Origin: Bdellovibrionales bacterium | Lineage (GTDB): Bacteria; Bdellovibrionota; Bdellovibrionia; Bdellovibrionales; UBA1609 | DNA: 64,000 bases | Reading direction: 5' to 3' | NCBI GenBank assembly: GCA_965205945.1 | Contig: CBDBIB010000001.1 | Coordinates: 352,001-416,000, forward strand | Shown here: in pieces, positions 46,109 through 56,424 of the stretch | How the letters are laid out: each line of letters starts with the position of its first letter | Numbering within the stretch: position 1 is the first letter of the stretch | Translations under genes and position numbers: made by a program | Notes under the pieces: model-generated | Told to the model about the DNA's origin: nothing | The model's input: only the letters and a program-made list of their open reading frames with translations | Database searches by the model: none

Positions 46109-47052
46109 TTACTTAAAAGTTCTTTAATAGACCCTAGAGCTCCAAGTGATGTTGAGGCCTCATAAGGAATAAAAACTTTATCACCTTCTTTTTGAGTGAA
46201 TTTACCAAATTCCTCCAGATAATTAGTAGCTATTAGAAATTGAGTCGCAAGTTCAGGGTTTCCTATTGCTGATTTAATTTCTTCTATAGCCGTTCTTTTA
46301 GCCCCAGCAACACTTTTAATCGCTTCAGCTTCACCTTCAGCTCTACGAACTCTAGCCTCTTTATCACCTTCAGAAATATTTATTTGCTCCTGACGAATAC
46401 CTTCAGATCTTTGAATTCTAGATTGCTTATCGCCTTCAGCTTCAAGTACTTTAGCTCTTCTTTCACGTTCTGCCTGCATCTGTTTTTCCATAGCATTTTG
46501 AATATCTCTTGGAGGATTGATGTTTTTAAGCTCAACTCTATTAACCTTTGTGCCCCATTTATCTGTAGCTTCATCTAAAATTTCTTTTAATTTTGTATTG
46601 ATTATATCTCTTGATGCTAAAGTTTCATCTAAATCCATTTCACCAATAACATTTCTTAAAGATGTCTGAGCAAGCTGGCTAACTGCAATTGGTAGGTTTG
46701 CAATTTCATATGTTGCCTTTAAAGGATCCATAACTTGAATATATAAAAGAGCATCAATATCAATAGTTACATTGTCTTTTGTAATGACTGCTTGTTGTGG
46801 CACATCTAAAACAGTTTCCCGAAGATCAATCCTTATTGTTGAAAATATACCGGCCTGATCAATCCAATACATATCTCTTGGCTTTTCAACAAATGGAATT
46901 AAAAAATTTAAACCGCTCTTTAAGGTTCTATTATAACTCCCCAAACTTTCAATAATCATACATTCACTTTGACGAATGACCTTAACCCCTGCAGAAATTG
47001 TAAATAACGCAAGCACAATTACTGCAACTGTTAATAAAACCCCTATACTCAT
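46105..47052 (-). CDS. SPFH/stomatin-like (QmcA-type) protein
   Basis: N-terminal TM; RIDLRE, ITKDNV, LRNVIG.M.LD.TL.SR, MEKQMQAERERRA. Confidence 0.92.
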   Translation of the reverse strand: MSIGVLLTVAVIVLALFTISAGVKVIRQSECMIIESLGSYNRTLKSGLNFLIPFVEKPRDMYWIDQAGIFSTIRIDLRETVLDVPQQAVITKDNVTIDIDALLYIQVMDPLKATYEIANLPIAVSQLAQTSLRNVIGEMDLDETLASRDIINTKLKEILDEATDKWGTKVNRVELKNINPPRDIQNAMEKQMQAERERRAKVLEAEGDKQSRIQRSEGIRQEQINISEGDKEARVRRAEGEAEAIKSVAGAKRTAIEEIKSAIGNPELATQFLIATNYLEEFGKFTQKEGDKVFIPYEASTSLGALGSIKELLSK

Positions 47053-47078
47053 AAAATATCTCCTTTATGTTTAAACTT

Positions 47079-47531
47079 TTATTCTAATACTAATTTGTTT
47101 CCATCTACCTTTATAACCAAAGCATATTCCCCAACGTCATAAGTTCTTTTAGACATTGAATACACTCTCCATCTATCTCCATAAAGTTTGGCCTCTCCAA
47201 ACTTTGAGCCTTTGATTTTTTGAGTAATAAAAACTTTCTGACCCTTTATTCCCTCTACATTTGTATCAATAGCAAAGCGGCTCTTACTAGTAAATTTTAA
47301 TTGAAATTGAAAAAGCCAAATTAAAAAAGCCAAACTTATTGCAAGGGCAATTAAAATAGCTAAAGAAGTCGTAAGAAAGATCGCTGCCATAGAGGCCCCT
47401 ATAAACGCTAAACCAATAGGTAGTAAAATAAACCCCGGAGCAAAAATCTCTAGTGCAGAAAGAAGTACACCTAAAACAGCCAGAGCTTCCCAGACTTTAA
47501 TCGAGTAATTAAATATAAAAAACTCTACCAA
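47079..47531 (-). CDS. NfeD-like (YbbJ) partner of stomatin
   Basis: TM helices (LEIFAPGF) and a C-terminal OB-fold (G..W....VIKVDGNKLV). Confidence 0.85.
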   Translation of the reverse strand: MVEFFIFNYSIKVWEALAVLGVLLSALEIFAPGFILLPIGLAFIGASMAAIFLTTSLAILIALAISLAFLIWLFQFQLKFTSKSRFAIDTNVEGIKGQKVFITQKIKGSKFGEAKLYGDRWRVYSMSKRTYDVGEYALVIKVDGNKLVLE

Positions 47532-47640
47532 AACACCTCCCCCTCTTTTAAATAAAATACCATCATACTAAAGGATTGTGTTTAGGTGGAGTTTTAAAAA
47601 AAAATAGACCCATTCCTACAAATAAGGATAGACTTAAACA

Positions 47641-48476
47641 ATGAAAAAATATTTAGCTACATTCTTTTTTATAACATGCTGCGCAGCTCCATCATATGGG
47701 ACCCTAAAACCTTCTCAAAACCCAAAAGTTTTAAAATGGATTAAAATATTTCAAAAAACAGTGATACCTATTTTAACAATTGGCTAGTAAAGTCAAAAAA
47801 AAAACTTCCAAAAATAAAATCCCTTTTAAAAAAACAAGGGTTACCTACTGACCTAGCATACCTTCCTCTAATTGAAAGCGGATTAAACCCAAAAGCTGTA
47901 AGTTCAGCAAGCGCTACAGGGTACTGGCAATTTATGAAACCCACAGCACTGCAATACGGACTTCATATAAGCTGGTGGCTTGACGAACGCAGAGATCTTA
48001 TTAAAAGCACTTGGGCTGCAGGACGCTACCTTAGCGTTCTTTATCGTATATTTAATGATTGGCATTTAGCTCTTTCAGCATATAACATGGGAGAAAATAG
48101 GCTTAAAAAACTTATACAACAACACAGAACTCGTGATTTTTGGACCTTATCTGAAAAAAAAAACTTTCCTAAAGAAACTAAGGAATATATTCCAAAGTTC
48201 TTAGCCGCAGCACTTATTGCCAAAAACCCTAAATACTACGGCTTTAATATAACCTACTCTTTAAAACCCTATTCCTACACTTACCAATTCGTTCCAGGTG
48301 GTACCGACCTTATACGAATTGCACAACAACTAGATATCTCACCACTAGAAATAAAAGAACTCAACCCTGAGTTAAAAAGATCTTTTGTTCCTAAAGAAGT
48401 CTCTTCCCATCGAATTCGAGTTCCTAATGATTTTAGAAAAAAAGTTGCGCTTTATTTTACAGAAAATATCCGCTAG
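47641..48476 (+). pseudogene. MltD-like lytic transglycosylase (SLT plus LysM), frameshifted
   Basis: ATG at 47641 gives a signal peptide but stops at 47787. Adding one base at A6 (47753-47758) joins it to ...GLPTDLAYLPLIESG...ATGYWQFM...AYNMGE...ETKEYIPK...LNPEL. Confidence 0.8.
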
Positions 48477-48486
48477 AAACAATAAA

Positions 48487-49662
48487 ATGAGGGTTTTAAA
48501 ATTTGGCGGAAAAAGCTTAAGTTCCATAGAGAAAATAAACTTAATAGCCTTAAAGATATCAAAACAAATTAAAACTAACCAAGATGAGCAACTCATTATT
48601 GTTGTTAGCGCTATGGGAGACACCACTTGCCAACTTCTTAAGCTGGCCTTAAAAGTAAAACCTTTTTCTTCAAATACAAATTCTAATAGAGAGCTTGATA
48701 TGCTTCTAGCCTCAGGTGAACGAGTAAGTGCAGCCCTTCTTTCACTAGCACTTCAAAAGCACAATATCCCATCAATAAGCTTTACTGGAAGCCAAGCCGG
48801 AATACTCACCCAAGGAAAACACAGCAATTCCTCCATTAAGGAGATTAAACCTTATCGTATAAATGAGACCTTACAAAAAGGTGTTATACCCATTATCGCA
48901 GGTTTTCAGGGAGTCAATCCCATTACAAAAGATGTTACAACACTTGGTCGTGGAGGGTCTGACCTTACAGCCTGTGCATTAGCACACCATTATAAATGCA
49001 CTGCAGAGCTTTATAAAGCTGTTGATGGAATACATACATGTGACCCTAATATTGTAAATGATACTAAACTTATAGTAGAGCTTGATTACAATTTTTTACA
49101 ATCTTTAAGCTCTTTAGGTAGTCAAATTTTACATGATAAAGCCGCTGATTTTATAAAAAAAAATCAAACTCTCCTATGCTTTTTATCTGATCAAACGTTT
49201 AAACCTCTAACTTACGTTAAAACCCATACTAATATAGACAGTTTTTCAGTAACCTGCTTAGACTATATCTTAGCTCTTAAAATTAATAACTTACAAATAC
49301 CTAAAGCTTTTTTATTTCTTAAAAATGAATTTTCCGACTTAAATTTTAAAATCTTAGCATCAGTTTACGATGACAATGATTCAAGATTTTTAATCAGTAC
49401 AAACTCAACACATAAAGGTATTTTTTTAAAAAATAAGAATATAAAAATACTAGACGATTCATTAGTTGCCGTGAGTGCAGTTTTTAGTTCATCAAAAGAC
49501 AATCATTTCTTGTCTGAAATAACTTTAAAACTAAATGATTTTAAAATTAAACGTTTTTTAGAAACTTCTAAAAGACTTACTTTTTTTATAGATCAGACAA
49601 AAAAAAAGGAGTTTATATTAAAACTCCACTCCATTTTATCTTCTTCCCCATCAATTCACTAG
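48487..49662 (+). CDS. lysC: Aspartate kinase
   Basis: MRVLKFGG, VVSAMG, SGE, GFQG, TTLGRGGSD, VDGI.TCDP; start corrected to the ATG at 48487. Confidence 0.88.
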   Translation: MRVLKFGGKSLSSIEKINLIALKISKQIKTNQDEQLIIVVSAMGDTTCQLLKLALKVKPFSSNTNSNRELDMLLASGERVSAALLSLALQKHNIPSISFTGSQAGILTQGKHSNSSIKEIKPYRINETLQKGVIPIIAGFQGVNPITKDVTTLGRGGSDLTACALAHHYKCTAELYKAVDGIHTCDPNIVNDTKLIVELDYNFLQSLSSLGSQILHDKAADFIKKNQTLLCFLSDQTFKPLTYVKTHTNIDSFSVTCLDYILALKINNLQIPKAFLFLKNEFSDLNFKILASVYDDNDSRFLISTNSTHKGIFLKNKNIKILDDSLVAVSAVFSSSKDNHFLSEITLKLNDFKIKRFLETSKRLTFFIDQTKKKEFILKLHSILSSSPSIH

Positions 49663-49795
49663 CATGATAAATTTGTGTATGGCATAAGAAAATTTTTTAA
49701 AATAGGTACGAGCCATAGCTCTTTAAATTAATTAAAGCTGGAGCTGATAAATAAAAATCCCCTAATTTAAGAGCTTTTACATGGACTTTATTCGA

Positions 49796-51070
49796 CTAAA
49801 AGTAACTTAATGACTTAAGCCATGTGTCTAAGGGCAAGCTTTCAGCAATGCGTATAAGTTCGTTATACTTTGCCGTTCTCTCTCCCCTACACAAGCTTCC
49901 CGTCTTAATTTGACTACAGTTAAGCCCCACGCAAAGATGTGAAATTGATACATCTTCAGTTTCACCACTTCTATGAGACATAACTGTTTTAAGGCCATTT
50001 TCATGCATTAAAGCTACAGCCTGAATCGTTTCTGTAACTGTTCCTATTTGATTAGGTTTCACTAAAAGGGCATTTGCTGATTTTTCCTCTAACCCACGCT
50101 TAATACGCTCAACATTAGTTACAAATAGATCATCCCCAACAAGTTGAACCCTATCTCCGTAAGCAGCTTGTGCGTAAGCCCAGCCAGACCAATCCTCTTC
50201 AGAAAAACCATCTTCAATACTAATAATTGGATATTTTTCAATCATCCCTTCATAAACCTTAGACATCTCTTTAAAGCTTAGGTTTTTTCCTTCAAACTCA
50301 TATTTTTTAGTGGATTTATCGTAAAACTCAGTGGCTGCCACATCTATAGCCAAAAAAATTTCTTTTCCAGTAGTATAGCCCGCCTCTTTTATAGCTTCCA
50401 TTAATAAATCTAAAGCTTGCATATTATTTTTAAGTTCAGGGGCAAAGCCACCCTCATCACCAACAGCTGTAGACTTTCCCTTAATCTCTAGTATTTTTTT
50501 AAGACTTTGGAAAATCTCAGCACCAGCTCTAATAGCATCAAAAAACGTCTGACCACACCTTGGAATAATCATAAACTCTTGAATATCTAAACCATTGTTT
50601 GAGTGCACCCCTCCATTTAAAACATTCATAAGGGGGATTGGCAGTTTATAAGGTTTTGCCTTATTATAAAAAAGTTTATAATATGGAATATTTTTTTCCA
50701 TGGCTTCTAATTTTGAAAATGCTAAAGATAAACCCAAAAGAGTGTTAGCCCCATAATTTGATTTATTCTTAGTTTCTTCAGCATTTAAAAGCCATGAATC
50801 AAATTCACCAAAGTTATTAAACCCTTGCCCTTTAAATTTTTCAAATAATTTAAGAACGTTGTTTCTAGCCTGTAAAACACCTTTTCCTGAAAACTTAGTC
50901 TTATCCCCATCTCGAAGCTCATAGGCTTCAAAAGCACCCGTTGAAGCACCTGATGGAACAGCTGCTCTAGAGGCTAGCCCATTTTTTGACATCATTTCAA
51001 CTTCTAATGTCGGGTTCCCTCTTGAGTCTAATATTTGCCTTGCCTTTATAGCAGTTATAACCGTTTCCAT
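49796..51070 (-). CDS. eno: Enolase
   Basis: DSRGNPT, VPSGASTG, GDEGGFAP, VGDDLFVTN, SHRSGET. Confidence 0.97.
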   Translation of the reverse strand: METVITAIKARQILDSRGNPTLEVEMMSKNGLASRAAVPSGASTGAFEAYELRDGDKTKFSGKGVLQARNNVLKLFEKFKGQGFNNFGEFDSWLLNAEETKNKSNYGANTLLGLSLAFSKLEAMEKNIPYYKLFYNKAKPYKLPIPLMNVLNGGVHSNNGLDIQEFMIIPRCGQTFFDAIRAGAEIFQSLKKILEIKGKSTAVGDEGGFAPELKNNMQALDLLMEAIKEAGYTTGKEIFLAIDVAATEFYDKSTKKYEFEGKNLSFKEMSKVYEGMIEKYPIISIEDGFSEEDWSGWAYAQAAYGDRVQLVGDDLFVTNVERIKRGLEEKSANALLVKPNQIGTVTETIQAVALMHENGLKTVMSHRSGETEDVSISHLCVGLNCSQIKTGSLCRGERTAKYNELIRIAESLPLDTWLKSLSYF

Positions 51071-51088
51071 AAAACCTTCTCCTAATTT

Positions 51089-52033
51089 CTAATGATCTAA
51101 GCTTAGACCTATCTGCTCGCCCTTATATAAAGGAGGAGGTAGAGTAGTTGGCAAGATAGTGGGACTCGTTAATTTATTTTTTATATCTTCAACTTTTTTA
51201 TTATGAAGGCCTTTAAGTTGATGCCAATTAAGCTTTTTAATCGCCTCTTTAAACCACTTTTTTTGATCAAACTCAGCTCTTAAAAGAACTATCAATTGGT
51301 ATGACCTTAAGAAATAATCATTTAAAATCTCTACATCTTGAATGATTTTTTCAATGTCAATATTAACTGATTTTAAATTTTTAGCTTTATATTTAAGGTC
51401 TAAAATTTCGCTCTGTTGTCTTTGAATAATCTTAACCGCTTCTTTATAAATTTCAGGTTTAAAGTTTAAAGGCTCTTTTTTTTCTTCAAAAAACGAATCT
51501 TGTTTTTTTGACCAATCAATAGAAACAAAAGTTTCTGCCCAATTTACTAAAGACACCTCTACCCCTACATACTTTGAAACAACCTCTAAAGCTCCTGCTA
51601 AATAATCCGTAACCAACGGCATCTCATCTGAGGATAAAGAAACCTTAAACTTTGACAGCTTTTTAGAACGTTTAATCCAAGAAAAATTTAAATCCGGCCT
51701 TACAAAATATGATAAAAACTTTTCAGGATACTCAAAAATTTCAGATGGTGATTGTAAAATTCTTAAGACCTGATCTAAAAGACCCCAGCCCCTAATATCT
51801 AAAGCTTTTAAAGCAACTTCTTTAGGACAAAAGTCAAGAAAATCCCTACTCACTAAATCTAAAAATAGTTCAACTTGATCTGCCTTAATCCACGCCTCAG
51901 AATCAAAAGCTTTGTATGCTAACAAATCTGCTTGCTCAAGATAGTTACCAACAGCAACCCCTTTAGCCTCAAGATCCATACATACTGATTTAGTTATCTT
52001 AGCACTTAGCTCTAAAGTAGTTAATGGCTCCAC
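51089..52033 (-). CDS. Hypothetical protein
   Basis: 314-aa ORF between cpaF and eno. Confidence 0.75.
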   Translation of the reverse strand: MEPLTTLELSAKITKSVCMDLEAKGVAVGNYLEQADLLAYKAFDSEAWIKADQVELFLDLVSRDFLDFCPKEVALKALDIRGWGLLDQVLRILQSPSEIFEYPEKFLSYFVRPDLNFSWIKRSKKLSKFKVSLSSDEMPLVTDYLAGALEVVSKYVGVEVSLVNWAETFVSIDWSKKQDSFFEEKKEPLNFKPEIYKEAVKIIQRQQSEILDLKYKAKNLKSVNIDIEKIIQDVEILNDYFLRSYQLIVLLRAEFDQKKWFKEAIKKLNWHQLKGLHNKKVEDIKNKLTSPTILPTTLPPPLYKGEQIGLSLDH

Positions 52034-52090
52034 ACAGATTTGTTATCCATTTTTTTAAAAAGAGTCATCTTTAATAATATTAAGGCTAAT

Positions 52091-53212
52091 TCAAGCTGCC
52101 TTTTTATTAAACAAAGACCTTGAAAACGGTATGGCATTATCTTCAATTTCACCCATAAAAGTTGGTGTGTTTACAGGCTCTAATCTACCCTTAAGCTTTC
52201 CATCAGACTGCTTGATTAATCTACTCATTCTAAACACATCCATATACTCATAGTTTCCCTTAGTATCCATTCCTAAAACTTCAGTAATACCAGAAATTCT
52301 TCTACTGCCATCTGAAAACCTTGAGACTTGAACAATAAGGTCTACTGCTGCAGAAATTTGTTGTAATAATGCTGTTTCAGAAATTTTAACATTGCCACTC
52401 TGCGCCAGAGCCTGAAGGCGAGTTAAAGATTCAGATGCTGCATTAGCATGCACAGTTCCCATACAACCTTTATGCCCTGTACTCATAGCTTGAATCAATT
52501 CTAAAGCTTCTGGCCCGCGCACTTCTCCCACAATAATCCTATCTGGACGTAAACGAAGGCTTGAAACCACAAGATCTCTAATACTTACTTCAGTATCACC
52601 GCGCTCATTAGCCATTCTAGTTTCAAAAAACACAACATGCTCATACTCAACTTTTAATTCTGTTGAATCTTCAATAACAATAATTCTCTCACCTGAAGGA
52701 ATTCGGGAAGTTAAAAGACCTAATAAAGTTGTCTTACCTGAGCCTGTTCCTCCACTTACTAAAATATTTTTACCTAATCTCATAGCTGCATCTAAAAACT
52801 GTGCACCTTCAACAGTAATGGCACCTAATTGTACATATTTTTTAAATGTCATATCTGACTTAAAAAATTTTCGAATAGCAACTGTTGTTCCTTTACGTGA
52901 CATTGGTGGAAGTACTGCATGTATTCTTGAACCGTCAGGAAGTCGCGCATCAAGCCTTGGCTCAATATCAGTAATTCTCCTACCAACCGATTGAGCAATA
53001 GCATTTATGGCAGCACGAAGGGCATCCTCATCTGGAAATTTTGCATCTGAAAGCACCATCTTACCACCACGTTCAATAAATATTTCATCTGAACCATTAA
53101 TTAAAATTTCAGAAACCGTATCATCTTCTAAAAGAGAATGAATTGGTGCTAAATTATTTTTAATAGCAGCCTGAAAGACCCCTTCTTCTTCATTTTTTTT
53201 TTCATCCCTCAT
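52091..53212 (-). CDS. CpaF/TadA-family ATPase
   Basis: DARLPDGSR, GGTGSGKTT, IEDSTEL, LRLRPDRIIVGEVRGPEA, TGH.G.MGT.HA. Confidence 0.92.
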   Translation of the reverse strand: MRDEKKNEEEGVFQAAIKNNLAPIHSLLEDDTVSEILINGSDEIFIERGGKMVLSDAKFPDEDALRAAINAIAQSVGRRITDIEPRLDARLPDGSRIHAVLPPMSRKGTTVAIRKFFKSDMTFKKYVQLGAITVEGAQFLDAAMRLGKNILVSGGTGSGKTTLLGLLTSRIPSGERIIVIEDSTELKVEYEHVVFFETRMANERGDTEVSIRDLVVSSLRLRPDRIIVGEVRGPEALELIQAMSTGHKGCMGTVHANAASESLTRLQALAQSGNVKISETALLQQISAAVDLIVQVSRFSDGSRRISGITEVLGMDTKGNYEYMDVFRMSRLIKQSDGKLKGRLEPVNTPTFMGEIEDNAIPFSRSLFNKKAA

Positions 53213-53219
53213 ACTAAAG

Positions 53220-53246
53220 TTATCGGCATTTTATAGTTTTATGTTA
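53220..53246 (-). promoter_or_regulatory. sigma28 (FliA) promoter of cpaF/tadA
   Basis: TAAC-N15-GCCGATAA with a perfect -10; ATG 7 nt downstream. Confidence 0.65.
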
Positions 53247-53448
53247 AATCCTAATAGACCTAGGCCTTTATCTATATTATTTTAAACCCTTTGCTTAAAA
53301 TAGAACGGTTAAATACAAAAACAGGGTTCTACGATTATAATGTCATAAGTAAAGCTAAAAAAAGAAATTTATTTAAAAACTCTTATAAACTTTCCCAGTA
53401 ATCAATAGATTAAATACAGGTTACAAAAAACAATGGCCAAAGTCTTAG

Positions 53449-54000
53449 TCAAACTGATGTAACTTTAAAAGAGGCTTGATAAATATCTTTAAGTTCTTCT
53501 TCAATTTTTTTTAAACACAAGGTTATAAACGCTACAGGATCAACATTTAAGTCTTTAAGTCCAATTGCTCTTACTGGAGCCCCTTTAAAGTCTACATTCA
53601 CACCAAAATGAATTAAGCTTGATAATGGGCTTACCGTTGCAATAGAAACATTAAGTTTTTTACCATCACAATAAATATCATCACCTTTTCTCACAAAACT
53701 CCTATCTGTAAGCGACACTAAAACATCAATCACTATTTCAGCCATTATTCTTTGAACACAAATACCAAAAAAAATATCCTTATGAAAAAATTCACATAAA
53801 AAATGAATCATTTTTTTTGACTTTATAAAATCATTTTTTATACGCTCTTTTGCATCAACTAAATCAGTTGTTTTAACATCACAAGGCCCTATCCACGATA
53901 AGATTCCATCACCTTTTAATCCATGCTCATATAAAAACAATGACCTTAATTGTGGCCCTGTATAAGTAAACTCTTTAGTTAAAAATTTAGTACTTATCAT
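53449..54000 (-). CDS. DUF366-family protein (BPL/LplA-like fold)
   Basis: Y.G.QLRS, GD....W.GPCDV....VD, I.S..M.HF, QR, R.GDD.Y....KL.VSIAT, IHFG.N pattern; ATGA overlap with queC. Confidence 0.75.
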   Translation of the reverse strand: MISTKFLTKEFTYTGPQLRSLFLYEHGLKGDGILSWIGPCDVKTTDLVDAKERIKNDFIKSKKMIHFLCEFFHKDIFFGICVQRIMAEIVIDVLVSLTDRSFVRKGDDIYCDGKKLNVSIATVSPLSSLIHFGVNVDFKGAPVRAIGLKDLNVDPVAFITLCLKKIEEELKDIYQASFKVTSV

Positions 54001-54653
54001 AATCCACTTTCTTTTCTTGCCTTTAAATACCTTTTACACGATTCACAGGCTCCACAAATCTCTTCATCATTTTTATAGCAGGGCCATAATTTTTGAAAAT
54101 TCACATCAAGCTTTTTACCAAGTTTTACAATATCAACTTTGTTAAGATTTACCGTCGGACTAACAACTCTAACACGAGCTCTTGTAGAAGACTCTAACGC
54201 TTTGTTAGTATCATCAATAAATTGCTTAGAGTTATCTAAAAATGTCTGAGCCTCTTCTAAATTAAAACCTAAAACAATATGATCAATTTTCTTAGCTTCA
54301 GCAATTGATGCTGCAGCATTGATAAAAAGACCATTTCTATTAGGAACCCATACAGCTTTTGCTGTTTCTTTTAAAACCTCTATACTATTAATATCTACCA
54401 AAGTACCTTGTGGAATCAAATTCTCAACTTTATTTAAAGCTGAGCTAGACACTTCTCCTAAAAATTTTAAATCAATTTCTAAAAAGCCGGCCTCCACTAA
54501 ACCAGCAAAGTACCTAGATGCTTTTCTTTCTTTTTCTAACGCTTTTTGGCCATAATTAAAAAACACAGCATCAACTGATTCGTATTCTTTCTCAGCCCAT
54601 AAGAGTGACACTGTAGAGTCTAGTCCACCACTTAAACATACTAAAGCCTTCAT
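53997..54653 (-). CDS. queC: 7-cyano-7-deazaguanine synthase
   Basis: LSGGLDS, NYGQ, VWVPNRN, WPCY...CGACESC zinc site. Confidence 0.88.
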   Translation of the reverse strand: MKALVCLSGGLDSTVSLLWAEKEYESVDAVFFNYGQKALEKERKASRYFAGLVEAGFLEIDLKFLGEVSSSALNKVENLIPQGTLVDINSIEVLKETAKAVWVPNRNGLFINAAASIAEAKKIDHIVLGFNLEEAQTFLDNSKQFIDDTNKALESSTRARVRVVSPTVNLNKVDIVKLGKKLDVNFQKLWPCYKNDEEICGACESCKRYLKARKESGL

Positions 54654-56404
54654 TAAATTTCGCGCCCAAAATGCAATCCACTACTCACTTCAACTTCACT
54701 CATTAAAAGCTGTAGTGTTTCTATATTTCTAAAAAAATTAATATTCGGATTCACATAAAAATTAAATTTATAGCTTATATAATTTTGAGATTCGATCATT
54801 AGGGCCACTTCATGATCTTTTTGTGGTGAAAACCAAAGCACATCAAAAGTTTTTCCTTTTTTATCAGACACTAAGAGCTTGTAATGTTTGTCTTTAAGTT
54901 TTCTAACCAAGACTATTTCAAGATCTGAAATCTTAAAGATAGGCTGTTCAAAATCAACTCCAAAAGGTTCTAAGTGCTTTAACCAATTTAAAAAACTCTG
55001 ATTAAGCTCTCCTAAATAAACTTCACAATCATACTTTACCCCAAATGCAATATTAGCTTCTTTTGTAAAAAAATCCTCTAAATACATATTCAGTTCATTT
55101 TTAAACTGAGGAGCTTTTTTAAGCTCAAGTTCAAAACCTGCCGCCTCAGCATGACCACCAAATTGAATTAAACTTGGACAAAATGACATCATCTCTTTTA
55201 ACGACAGCCCTGTCTTACCAGGGAGCCTTGCGCTCCCAATAATTTGTCCGTTCTTTAAAATATTTCCTATAAAAGCTGGAACACCATATTCTTCTACTAG
55301 TCTTGTTGCAATAAGCCCTCTTACTCCTGGGTGAATATCTTTTGAAATAAAAAAGCAAAGCTTTTTAGGAGGATACTTTCTAAAATAATCCATAGCTTTT
55401 TTAAGGTCTTTTTCTAAAGATTGAACTCTTTTCTCATTGACTAAAAAAGCTTCTGACACCAATTTCTCAGCCGTCTGCTTATTTTCTTCAATTAAAATCG
55501 CCGTTGGTCTTAACTCTGTATCCAGGCGTGATAATGAATTTAACTTTGGAGCAATTTTAAAACCAATATCGCTTGAACTCATCTGTTTGCCCACTAATTC
55601 ACATCTAGCTTTTAAGGCTTGTAAGCCTGGTCTTATCGTATTAGAAAACCTTTTAAGCCCCCTTTTAACCAATACTCTATTTTCTTTAACCAATGGCACC
55701 ATATCCGTAAGTGTTCCAATAACAAATAAATCTAGTAACGATTCTAAACTAAACCCTGACTTAATCTCTTCATGTAAATTTTTTAAATACTTTACAAAAC
55801 CATATACTAAATAAAAAGCAACCCCTGCACCACACAAATGCCCAAGCCCTGCCCTACATTCTTTTGTATTAGGATTAATAATAGTCAGTGCTTGTGGGAG
55901 TGTTGCATCTGGTAAATGGTGATCTGTTAAAATAACATCTACACTCTTTTTTTTAGCATATAAGCAAGTCTCATGAGCCGTTATACCTACATCAACAGTT
56001 ATGATTAGACTCACACCCTTTGCTTTAAGAACGTCCACCCCTACTTTATGAAAACCATACCCCTCTACTAGACGTCTTGGCTGATATATTTGAATATTAT
56101 TAAAACCAAGCTGCCCAAGGCCATGAAATAAAATTGCCGCCGCAGAAGAGCCATCTAAATCATAATCACAATAAATTCCTAATGTCTCATTGTTTTTATA
56201 AGCTTTAAAAAGCCTTACACAAGCCTCATCCATACCATTTAAAGTAAATGGTGATTTAATATCTTTCATAGATGGGTTTAAAAACTCAAGTTGATCTTCT
56301 TGATTTAAAAAACCCTTGGTTTTTAAAAATCTAGATATAAGTTCGGGAATATAGGTTCCAGTTGATTTGTTTGTTTGTATATTTTTTTGAACCTGTTTTC
56401 TCAA
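54653..56404 (-). CDS. recJ: ssDNA exonuclease RecJ
   Basis: DYDLDG, ITVDVG, TDHH, LCGAGV, GSAR, FGGH..AAG. Confidence 0.93.
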   Translation of the reverse strand: MRKQVQKNIQTNKSTGTYIPELISRFLKTKGFLNQEDQLEFLNPSMKDIKSPFTLNGMDEACVRLFKAYKNNETLGIYCDYDLDGSSAAAILFHGLGQLGFNNIQIYQPRRLVEGYGFHKVGVDVLKAKGVSLIITVDVGITAHETCLYAKKKSVDVILTDHHLPDATLPQALTIINPNTKECRAGLGHLCGAGVAFYLVYGFVKYLKNLHEEIKSGFSLESLLDLFVIGTLTDMVPLVKENRVLVKRGLKRFSNTIRPGLQALKARCELVGKQMSSSDIGFKIAPKLNSLSRLDTELRPTAILIEENKQTAEKLVSEAFLVNEKRVQSLEKDLKKAMDYFRKYPPKKLCFFISKDIHPGVRGLIATRLVEEYGVPAFIGNILKNGQIIGSARLPGKTGLSLKEMMSFCPSLIQFGGHAEAAGFELELKKAPQFKNELNMYLEDFFTKEANIAFGVKYDCEVYLGELNQSFLNWLKHLEPFGVDFEQPIFKISDLEIVLVRKLKDKHYKLLVSDKKGKTFDVLWFSPQKDHEVALMIESQNYISYKFNFYVNPNINFFRNIETLQLLMSEVEVSSGLHFGREI

Positions 56405-56424
56405 TTGCGCCTCTGCTAAAGAAA

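Noticed and set aside
47750..47762. Programmed -1 ribosomal frameshift in the MltD-like gene
   Set aside because: The zero-frame codons TTT CAA AAA ACA do not form a canonical X_XXY_YYZ heptamer, and no stimulatory hairpin is evident
53222..53249. dif-like site: exact XerD arm TTATGTTAAAT at 53239-53249
   Set aside because: The XerC arm (ATCGGCATTTT) lacks the conserved ATAA, no change in gene orientation or visible skew occurs here, and the site is explained by a sigma28 promoter
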